Below, piece by piece: positions 56,279-64,000 of a stretch of 64,000 bases of DNA (positions are counted from its first letter, which is position 1; every line of letters begins with the position of its first letter). The DNA lies in NCBI GenBank assembly GCA_965552055.1, contig CBEVQO010000003.1, positions 1 through 64,000 of the forward strand, read 5' to 3'. This stretch comes from an uncultured bacterium. Its GTDB lineage: Bacteria; Hydrothermota; UBA3073; NMUJ01; CBEVQO01. The notes beneath the pieces were generated by a model. That model saw nothing but the letters and a program-made list of their open reading frames with translations. It searched no databases and was not told the origin of the DNA. The position numbers were made by a program, and so were the translations under genes.

Positions 56279-58642
56279 TTATTTTTTAAAAACTATTTTA
56301 TTATTTTCTGCTACTGCTATTACTTTATCGCCTTCTTTTATTTTGCCGTCAATTATTTCGAGTGATAAAGGCACTTCTATTAAACTTCTTATCGCCCTCT
56401 TTAAAGGTCTTGCACCGTAATCCGGATTGTAGCCCTCTTTTATCAGTAAATCTTTTGCTGATTTATCGAGCTCTATTTCGATGCCCTTTTCTTTAAGTGC
56501 TTTCTTTACATATTCAAATTCAATATCAACGATTTTTTCGAGATGCTCTCTTTGCAATGGTTTAAAGATTATTATTTCGTCTATTCTATTTAAAAATTCG
56601 GGTTTGAAATAGCCCTTTAATTCTTCCATTACTGCCTGTTCGTAATTTGGGTCTCCTGCGTATCTTGAGCCAATGTTTGAAGTCATAATTATTATTGTGT
56701 TTTTAAAATCTACTGTTCTGCCCTGGCCATCTGTTAATCTCCCATCGTCCATTATCTGCAGTAAGATATTGTGGACATCTGGGTGTGCTTTTTCTATTTC
56801 ATCAAAAAGAATGACTCTGAAAGGTCTTCTTCTTACAGGTTCTGTTAATTGTCCGCCTTCTTCGTATCCCACATATCCCGGTGGTGCACCTATAAGTCGT
56901 GAGACAGTGTGCCTCTCCATATATTCTGACATATCTATTCTTATCATGGCTGATTCCGAATCAAATAGTATCTCTGCCAGTGCTTTCGCAAGCAGTGTTT
57001 TACCTACGCCTGTGGGTCCCAAGAACATAAAAACACCAATAGGTCTTTTTGCATCTTTAAGCCCTGCTCTTGCTATTCTTATTGCATTGCAAACAGCTTT
57101 TACAGCGTGCTCCTGATTTACAATACGCTTATGCAGATACTCTTCTAACTTTAACAATCTATCTTTTTCTGTCATTTTTATTCTGTAAACGGGTATGCCT
57201 GTCCATTGTGCTATGATTTCTGCGATGTCATCTTCTGTAACCGTGTCTTTTACTTTTGCTTCTTTCATCCATTTTTCTTTTTTCTCATTTAATTCTTTTT
57301 GTATCTTATCTGCTTCTTCTGCTAACCTTTTTGCGAGTTCAAAATCTCCTTTGTCTGCTGCTCTTTTGCCTCTTTCTGTTAAATCTTTTAATTTTTCTTC
57401 CAGTTCTTTTATTTCTTTGGGTCTCTGTGACATTAAAAGTTTAAGTCGTGATGATGCTTCGTCAATAAGGTCTATTGCTTTGTCTGGCAAATATCTTTCT
57501 GTTATATATCTGTGTGATAATCTTATTGCTGCTTCTATTGCTTTATCCGTGATTTTGACCCCATGATGCTGTTCGAATCTTTCTTTTAGTCCTTTCAATA
57601 TTTCGATTGCTTCTTCTGGTGATGGTTCTCTCACATATACTGGCTGGAATCGCCTTGTAAGAGCTGCGTCTTTTTCGATGTATTTCCTGTATTCGTTTAA
57701 AGTTGTAGCTCCTATGCATCTTATTTCACCTCGTGCGAGTAGTGGTTTCATCATGTTAGATGCGTCAACCGCGCCTTCTGCTGCACCTGCACCCACAATC
57801 GTATGAATTTCATCTATAAACAAAATTATTTTGCCCTGGGATTTTTTTAACTGTTCTAAAACTGCTTTCATCCTTTCTTCAAATTGTCCTCTGAATTGTG
57901 TTCCTGCAACGAGTGCCCCTATATCCAGTTCGATTATTCTTTTATCTTTTAAATCATCGGGTACTTCGCCTTTAACTATTTTTTGTGCCAATCCTTCAAC
58001 AATTGCGGTCTTACCAACGCCTGCTTCACCTACCAGCACGGGATTGTTTTTTGTTTTCCTTGTAAGTATTTGCATTACTCTGTTTATTTCTTCTTCTCTT
58101 CCTATTACCGGGTCGAGTTTTCCTTCTTTTGCTAACTTTGTAATATCTCTTCCGAATTTCTCGAGTATTTTATATTTTTCTTCGCCTGTTGGCTCGGATA
58201 ATTGAGCATCTCCTCTTACTGCATAAAGTGCTCTTAAAAATTCTTCTTTTTCTATTCCGAATTCTTTTATCAATTTGTGACCCATTTCTATTATTGCGAG
58301 GAATATATGTTCGCAACCAGTGTATGCATCTTTCCATTCTTTAGCTATCTGTTGTGCTCTTCTCAAAACTTTTTCGGCATCCGGAGTAATATAAATTTGG
58401 GCGATTGGCATACTTCCAGTTATCTGTGGTAGATTTTTTATTTCTTCTTCAACTCTTCTTTTAAACATTTCAACATTTATGTTCATTTTCTGGAGAGCTT
58501 GCGGGACGATGCCCTCATCTTGAGTTACGAGTCCGTAAAGAAGATGTAGCACATCGAGTTCAGGGTTTCTCTCTTCCATTAATTTTTCCTGTGCTGTCCT
58601 TATTGCATCCTGAGCTCTTTCTGTAAATTTTTCAAATCTCAT
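56279..58642 (-). CDS. Clp/Hsp100 ATPase (ClpC/ClpB-like)
   Basis: Clp N-domain, [32 protein letters not shown]; short UVR-type middle domain. Confidence 0.93.
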   Translation of the reverse strand: MRFEKFTERAQDAIRTAQEKLMEERNPELDVLHLLYGLVTQDEGIVPQALQKMNINVEMFKRRVEEEIKNLPQITGSMPIAQIYITPDAEKVLRRAQQIAKEWKDAYTGCEHIFLAIIEMGHKLIKEFGIEKEEFLRALYAVRGDAQLSEPTGEEKYKILEKFGRDITKLAKEGKLDPVIGREEEINRVMQILTRKTKNNPVLVGEAGVGKTAIVEGLAQKIVKGEVPDDLKDKRIIELDIGALVAGTQFRGQFEERMKAVLEQLKKSQGKIILFIDEIHTIVGAGAAEGAVDASNMMKPLLARGEIRCIGATTLNEYRKYIEKDAALTRRFQPVYVREPSPEEAIEILKGLKERFEQHHGVKITDKAIEAAIRLSHRYITERYLPDKAIDLIDEASSRLKLLMSQRPKEIKELEEKLKDLTERGKRAADKGDFELAKRLAEEADKIQKELNEKKEKWMKEAKVKDTVTEDDIAEIIAQWTGIPVYRIKMTEKDRLLKLEEYLHKRIVNQEHAVKAVCNAIRIARAGLKDAKRPIGVFMFLGPTGVGKTLLAKALAEILFDSESAMIRIDMSEYMERHTVSRLIGAPPGYVGYEEGGQLTEPVRRRPFRVILFDEIEKAHPDVHNILLQIMDDGRLTDGQGRTVDFKNTIIIMTSNIGSRYAGDPNYEQAVMEELKGYFKPEFLNRIDEIIIFKPLQREHLEKIVDIEFEYVKKALKEKGIEIELDKSAKDLLIKEGYNPDYGARPLKRAIRSLIEVPLSLEIIDGKIKEGDKVIAVAENNKIVFKK

Positions 58643-58695
58643 TTTCCCTCCTTAAAGATTATTAATCATTTTTTCAATAAGTCAACAAAAAGTTG

Positions 58696-58722
58696 TTGAC
58701 ATCTCTTTTTTTCAATTATAAT
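58696..58722 (+). promoter_or_regulatory. sigma70-like promoter, 15-bp spacer
   Basis: TTGACA-N15-TATAAT; in-frame GTG at 58729. Confidence 0.75.
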
Positions 58723-58728
58723 TACATC

Positions 58729-60075
58729 GTGAATGAAAGTAATATTTATGAAGGTATAAGATTTATTAAGGCTACGCTGTTGACCTTTATATCTCAAGTT
58801 ATTATTTTGATTTTTACTTTATTATCGTCGATTTTACTTGCCAGATTGCTGGGTCCTTATGGTAAAGGAGTTTATACGATTTCTACTCTACTTCCTCTAA
58901 CAATTGTTATTTTTTTAAATATAGGAGTGAGTCCTGCTACAACTTATTATATTGCGAAAAAGGAATTTGATGTAGGGAGAGCGATAATAAATAATTTGTT
59001 TTTAGGAAGTTTGTTAGGAATAGTGGGATATTTCTTGGGTATAGGTGCTATTTTTATTTTTAAAAAAACTTTTGTTAATATACCGAAAAGATTTTTACTA
59101 TTATCATTAATTATTATACCCCCGCATTTAATTTATAGTTTTTGGAATAGTATTTTTCTCGGGATACAGGATTTTAAAAAATATAACTTCATTCAGGTGT
59201 TAAGATTAAGTTTCTTTTTATCTATTTTATTGGTATTGGTAGGTTTATTGAAATTAGATTTAAAGGGAGCTTTATTAAGTTTTATTTTACATTGGTTTTT
59301 GGTTGATTTTGTTTTGTTTTTCTGGTTGAGGATGGAGTTAAAATGTATGGTGAAATGTTTAGATATTGGATATTTGAAAAAAGTTGTGTCATACGGTTTG
59401 CAAGCATATTTAGGTAATGTTTTAGCATTTTTGAATTACAGGATTTCATTTTTCTTATTGAATCATTATCTTAATCCGGAGGCTGTTGGCTATTATTCAG
59501 CCAGCATTCCTATTGCTGAGGTTGTGTGGATTTTTTCTTTTGCAGCGAGCACGGTATTGTTTCCTAAAATTTCGGCATTAGAAGAACAGAAAAGAAAGCA
59601 ATTGACACCTTTTGTGGTGAAAAATGTATTTATTTTGACTCTTTTTTTTGCATTCTTTTTGTTTCTATTTGCGAAACATGTTATAATTCTTTTATATTCT
59701 TCTACTTTTTTGCCTTCTGTGAAGCCTTTTAGGATATTATTGATAGGTACAATTTTTTTAAGCCTATCGCGTGTATTTGCAAATGACATAGCAGGAAGGG
59801 GTAAACCTGTTTTAAATTCTATAGTTTCCGGGATTGCTCTGGGAGTAAATTTATTGTTAAATATTATTTTAATTCCGAAATATGGAATTCAGGGTGCAGC
59901 TCTTGCGACTACGGTGACTTATGCCGTGATTTTGATATTTAGATTAGCTATTTATCTCAAACTCTCGGGCAACACTATCAAAACTATTTTTGTGCTAAAT
60001 CGTAAAGATTTTTCATTTTATAAAGGGATACTTTTGGCGTTTTTAAAAAATAAAAAAGTTAAGCTTGACATTTAA
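58729..60075 (+). CDS. Wzx-type oligosaccharide flippase
   Basis: LARLLGPYGKG, multiple TMs, VGYYS, LIPKYGIQGAALA. Confidence 0.88.
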   Translation: MNESNIYEGIRFIKATLLTFISQVIILIFTLLSSILLARLLGPYGKGVYTISTLLPLTIVIFLNIGVSPATTYYIAKKEFDVGRAIINNLFLGSLLGIVGYFLGIGAIFIFKKTFVNIPKRFLLLSLIIIPPHLIYSFWNSIFLGIQDFKKYNFIQVLRLSFFLSILLVLVGLLKLDLKGALLSFILHWFLVDFVLFFWLRMELKCMVKCLDIGYLKKVVSYGLQAYLGNVLAFLNYRISFFLLNHYLNPEAVGYYSASIPIAEVVWIFSFAASTVLFPKISALEEQKRKQLTPFVVKNVFILTLFFAFFLFLFAKHVIILLYSSTFLPSVKPFRILLIGTIFLSLSRVFANDIAGRGKPVLNSIVSGIALGVNLLLNIILIPKYGIQGAALATTVTYAVILIFRLAIYLKLSGNTIKTIFVLNRKDFSFYKGILLAFLKNKKVKLDI

Positions 60076-60091
60076 ACAAAATGATTATGCT
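60065..60091 (+). promoter_or_regulatory. sigma70-like promoter, 15-bp spacer
   Basis: TTGACA-N15-TATGCT; in-frame GTG at 60097. Confidence 0.65.
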
Positions 60092-60096
60092 TGAGA

Positions 60097-61716
60097 GTGG
60101 GGGAGAAGTTAATTATAATAGGGCTTGATGGAGCCACTTTTAGGATAATTAATCCTTTACTTACGAAAAATTTTTTACCTAATTTCAAATATTTAATAGA
60201 AAATGGTGTTGCCTTTCCATTATTAAGTACAATACCTTATGCCACTATTCCTGCCTGGCCTTCCTTTATGACGGGTGCGAATCCTGGCAAACATGGTGTA
60301 TTTGATTTTTTTAAAAAGGAAAATGGAGTAAAAAGAATAGTGAGAAGCACAGATATTGCTATGGAAACTTTGTGGGAGATTTTAAGTAGATATGGTAAGC
60401 GGAGTATAATTGTAAATGTGCCCTGCACTTTTCCACCATTAGAAATTGAAGGCATAATGATAAGCGGTATGCTTACCCCTAGTGGAGCACAATTTTGTTA
60501 TCCTTCTGATATTCAAGATACAATAAATGAGATATCCGGGGGCTATCGTATAAACGAACGGGCAGATTTAAAGGGAGAAAAATTGTTGATGGATGTTTAC
60601 GATGTCAGCGAGAGGCAGATTAAAACTTTTTCAACCCTGTTAAAGCGTGAGAAATGGGATTTTGCAATGCTGATGCTCCGTGGTACAGATGTTTTATCGC
60701 ATTTCTTCTGGAAGGAGAGTAATAAAATAGGTGAGTTTTATAGGTATGTTGATGAATTTATAGGGAAGATAATTACCGATTTTCCCGATGCGACCATTTT
60801 TATAATATCTGACCATGGCTTTCAGGAGCAAAAATATGATTTTCATATAAATAAATGGTTGATGGAAAAGGGATGGCTTGCATTTAAGGATAAGCTCGAT
60901 GAATCACGAATGAGAGAAATAATAAAGTTAGATGGAAGAGAAGCACTATTGGGAGGAAATATTTTTAAGATTTTTATTTATAAATTGTGGAATTTGTTGC
61001 CCGTGGATATGAAAAATAATTTAAAATATTTTTACAGATTTTGGGCAAAATTACCTTTAAGTATTAGAAAGAGATTTTATGTGCATACAAATATTGAGAT
61101 AGACAGAAGTAAATCAAAAGTATCGGCTATTCAGGACTTTACACTTGAAACGAAGGCGATAAAGATACTGGTCGATGATCGAGGAGAATATAAGAAAATA
61201 AGGGATAAATTAATCTCCGAGTTAAGCGAGATAAAAAATCCGGAGAATGGTGAGAGGATAGTTAAAAAGGTATATCTAAAAGAGGAGATATATGAAGGTC
61301 CTTTTATAAATGATGCACCTGACATTATATTGGAATTAGCGGAAGGTTATGGTTTAACGAACAAGATTTTTGATTCTTCAATAGTAACAAAGCGTGCAGA
61401 GATAAGGGGCTGTCATCATCGGGAAGGGATATTTATTTGCTATGGTAAAGATATTACAAAAATGGGTTATACTTTTCAAAGGGCTTTTTTATGGGATATA
61501 ATGCCGACAGTTCTTCATTATTTTGATATACCTATACCTGCTGATGTTGATGGCAAACCGATAATTGAGATTTTTAAAAAAGATTCAAAATTTTATCGTT
61601 CACCCTCATTTACCGAGAGTCAAAAACCTTTGCGTTTGATGAAAAAGGTAAATGAAATTACAGGAAAAGGAGAAAAAGAAATAAGGGAGAGATTAGAAAA
61701 TTTAGGCTATCTATAA
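60097..61716 (+). CDS. Alkaline phosphatase superfamily (type I phosphodiesterase/nucleotide pyrophosphatase) protein
   Basis: IIGLDGAT, STIP..T.PAWPSFMTGANPGKHGVFDF, SDHGF, ERLENLGYL. Confidence 0.88.
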   Translation: MGEKLIIIGLDGATFRIINPLLTKNFLPNFKYLIENGVAFPLLSTIPYATIPAWPSFMTGANPGKHGVFDFFKKENGVKRIVRSTDIAMETLWEILSRYGKRSIIVNVPCTFPPLEIEGIMISGMLTPSGAQFCYPSDIQDTINEISGGYRINERADLKGEKLLMDVYDVSERQIKTFSTLLKREKWDFAMLMLRGTDVLSHFFWKESNKIGEFYRYVDEFIGKIITDFPDATIFIISDHGFQEQKYDFHINKWLMEKGWLAFKDKLDESRMREIIKLDGREALLGGNIFKIFIYKLWNLLPVDMKNNLKYFYRFWAKLPLSIRKRFYVHTNIEIDRSKSKVSAIQDFTLETKAIKILVDDRGEYKKIRDKLISELSEIKNPENGERIVKKVYLKEEIYEGPFINDAPDIILELAEGYGLTNKIFDSSIVTKRAEIRGCHHREGIFICYGKDITKMGYTFQRAFLWDIMPTVLHYFDIPIPADVDGKPIIEIFKKDSKFYRSPSFTESQKPLRLMKKVNEITGKGEKEIRERLENLGYL

Positions 61717-61720
61717 ATGC

Positions 61721-61747
61721 TTGACATTTTATTTATTCCGTTATAAT
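61721..61747 (+). promoter_or_regulatory. sigma70-like promoter, 15-bp spacer
   Basis: TTGACA-N15-TATAAT; ATG at 61753. Confidence 0.75.
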
Positions 61748-61752
61748 TATTG

Positions 61753-62874
61753 ATGAAGAAGATAAAGGTTCTTATTTTAACGAGCTGGTATTCTCCTTCT
61801 AATCCTGTTGCTGGGTCTTTTGTTACCGAACATGTGCTTGCAATTTCTTCATTTTGTAAGCCTGTGATAATATCCCATTGTCGTGGGAAATCTTTTAAAA
61901 AGTGGATTTATGAAGATGAGATAGAAGGTATTGAAAGATGGAGAGTCGAACCTTTAATTGATATCCCAAATTTACATTTAATACAGCTAATAGGCATATT
62001 GAAAGTTGTAATGATTAATTTAAAACGGAAGAACTTTGTTCCAGATGTAATTCATGTGCATGCATTAGGTTCAAGCTTGGAAGGTTTCATATTGAGCAAG
62101 CTGTTGAAGGTGCCCCTAATTATTACCGAACACTGGTCAGGTTTTAAACTAAAAAAATTGAATTTTTTACAACGAATAACAGTGAGGATAGTTTATAATA
62201 AGGCAGATATAATTCTACCTGTGAGTAAATGTTTAAGAGAAGCAATAAAAAGTTATGGAGTCAGGAATAATTTTGAAGTAATTCCAAATCCCGTGGATTT
62301 GCAGAAATTTTCTTTCAGAAAAAGAGGAAGGAAAAAAAGAATCAAAAGGATATTATTTGTAGGGGGACTTGTTCCCGTAAAGGGGTTTGATAATCTTTTG
62401 TATGCGATATATAAATTAAGTAAAAGGAGGAAGGATTTCGTGTTAGATGTGATAGGTAATGGTAATAGAGAAAAATACGAGGAGTTAGCGAAGAATTACG
62501 GCTGTGATAGTATTATAAGGTTTCATGGTTATCTATGCAAATCAAAAGTATCCGAGTTCATGGGTGAAAGTGATTTCCTTGTTTTGCCCAGTTTGTGTGA
62601 AACTTTTGGCTGCGTTTTAATAGAGGCAATGGCTACCGGTCTACCTGTTGTTGCAACAAATACTGGAGGAATAAAAGAAATTGTAGATGAGAAGAAAGGC
62701 TTGCTTGTAGAACCCGGAAATGTAGAAGAATTAATAAAAGCAATAGATTATATGTTGGACAACTATGATAAATATTCGTCCGAAGAGATAAGGAAATATG
62801 TGGAGGAGAGATTCAGTAGAGAAAGAGTAGGAGAGATGCTTTTTGAAATTTATAAAAAACTTCTCTCATTATGA
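61753..62874 (+). CDS. GT4 family glycosyltransferase
   Basis: IITEH, VIPNPVD, PVKG, ETFGCVLIEAMATGLPVV. Confidence 0.92.
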   Translation: MKKIKVLILTSWYSPSNPVAGSFVTEHVLAISSFCKPVIISHCRGKSFKKWIYEDEIEGIERWRVEPLIDIPNLHLIQLIGILKVVMINLKRKNFVPDVIHVHALGSSLEGFILSKLLKVPLIITEHWSGFKLKKLNFLQRITVRIVYNKADIILPVSKCLREAIKSYGVRNNFEVIPNPVDLQKFSFRKRGRKKRIKRILFVGGLVPVKGFDNLLYAIYKLSKRRKDFVLDVIGNGNREKYEELAKNYGCDSIIRFHGYLCKSKVSEFMGESDFLVLPSLCETFGCVLIEAMATGLPVVATNTGGIKEIVDEKKGLLVEPGNVEELIKAIDYMLDNYDKYSSEEIRKYVEERFSRERVGEMLFEIYKKLLSL

Positions 62875-64000
62875 AGAATATATTGATAGTTCTTGATGAC
62901 TATAGAGGGCTCTATCCTTATCTTATAAAAGGAGAAGAGCCACATTGTTTGCCTTTTGTTAAATATTTCATTGAATATCTTAAAGAAAAAGGACACAAAA
63001 TTTATATAATTTATCCTTCAACTTATGAAGGTTTTATAAAACAAGAAAAAGTGGAAATTTATTTATGGAAACGCCATAGCAATCCATTTATCTTTAGATT
63101 TCAACAATTTTTAAAGATTTATAAAATCGGGAAAAGAATTCTTGAAAAAGACCCACAGATTACACATATTTATGCTACTGGTTTCGTTTCGATGGTCTCT
63201 TCTAAATTAGCACAAAAATATAAGAAAATACATATTACCCGTATATTCGGTGTGTATAGTAAATTTAATTTCAAATTATTATACAGATTTTTGCTTTTAT
63301 GCTGGTCTTTAAAATCTCCCACCCATATGCTTGTGATAACCGATGATGGAACGAGAGGCGATGAATTTTGCAGGAAAATAAAAGCATTTCATCGAAAATT
63401 TCTATTTATTAGAAATGGGGTCGATAAATCAAAATTGCAAAAATTGATGGGTTATGATTATAAATATATCAGGGAAAAACTGGGCTTACCTTTAGATAGT
63501 TTCATTATTACGAATGTTAGTAGATTATCATCATGGAAGAGAGTTGATTTAGTGATAAAATCTTTTTATGAATTTTTGAGATTATTAAATGGGGAGAAAA
63601 AAGCACTTCTTCTAATAGTAGGATATGGGAGGCAGTTTCACTATTTGAAAAATTTATGTAAGAGATTAAAGATAGACCCATGGGTTAGGTTCACAGGTGG
63701 TATTTCTCATGAGCATGCATTAAAATATATGTATGCGAGTGATGTTTTAACGAGTTTCTATGAGTTTTCAAATGTGGGTAGTGTTTTGCTGGAGGCACTT
63801 TCGTTAGGTAAGGTTGTAGTGGCTCGTGATGAAGGTGAGACACATAAAATAATAAAAACGGGTAAAAATGGCTTTTTGGTGGGTTATCATGACGAAGAAG
63901 ATTTTACCAAGAAGGTAGGTTTGTTGTTCAAGAAGCTATATAATTCTTCAGATTTATTGAAAGAAATTGCCCATAATGCCAAAATTTGGTCAGAAGAAAA
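62871..64000 (+). CDS. GT4 family glycosyltransferase (partial, runs off the window)
   Basis: ATG overlaps the upstream stop; RNGVD, SRLSSWKRVD, NVGSVLLEALSLG. Confidence 0.8.
   Translation, partial: MKNILIVLDDYRGLYPYLIKGEEPHCLPFVKYFIEYLKEKGHKIYIIYPSTYEGFIKQEKVEIYLWKRHSNPFIFRFQQFLKIYKIGKRILEKDPQITHIYATGFVSMVSSKLAQKYKKIHITRIFGVYSKFNFKLLYRFLLLCWSLKSPTHMLVITDDGTRGDEFCRKIKAFHRKFLFIRNGVDKSKLQKLMGYDYKYIREKLGLPLDSFIITNVSRLSSWKRVDLVIKSFYEFLRLLNGEKKALLLIVGYGRQFHYLKNLCKRLKIDPWVRFTGGISHEHALKYMYASDVLTSFYEFSNVGSVLLEALSLGKVVVARDEGETHKIIKTGKNGFLVGYHDEEDFTKKVGLLFKKLYNSSDLLKEIAHNAKIWSEE

Overview
AT-rich, very gene-dense bacterial chromosome segment. Its T9SS-type C-terminal sorting domains, split transketolase, four-subunit POR and Lys/Glu-rich proteins suggest an anaerobic, probably thermophilic FCB-related lineage such as WOR-3 (inference only). 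Most of the window is housekeeping: LKR/SDH, gcvH, lnt, purB, thpR, ribD, folD, rho, por, dnaX, mgtE, mutL, hom, tkt, pdxA, PPIases, mfd, a Clp ATPase, the start of a glycan locus and 3 CCA-less tRNAs. There are two defence-like insertions: an R-M/GmrSD island carrying an archaeal-type promoter, and a Sacsin/NOV-like ATPase-DUF3883 gene next to a DUF5618-like gene. The strongest unexplained signals are non-coding. (1) A family of co-oriented, modular, structured intergenic elements, each with a covarying tandem-GA hairpin head, a stem enclosing a variable insert and a G-run tail. (2) 15 sigma70-like promoters that all have a 15-bp instead of 17-bp spacer, most sitting 5-8 nt upstream of an SD-less start codon. 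(3) tRNA-punctuated transcripts. (4) Genes that lack a canonical start codon. (5) A 13-bp GC-rich inverted repeat linking the RBSs of a two-gene operon. All calls were made by eye from motifs; no database searches or folding programs were run.
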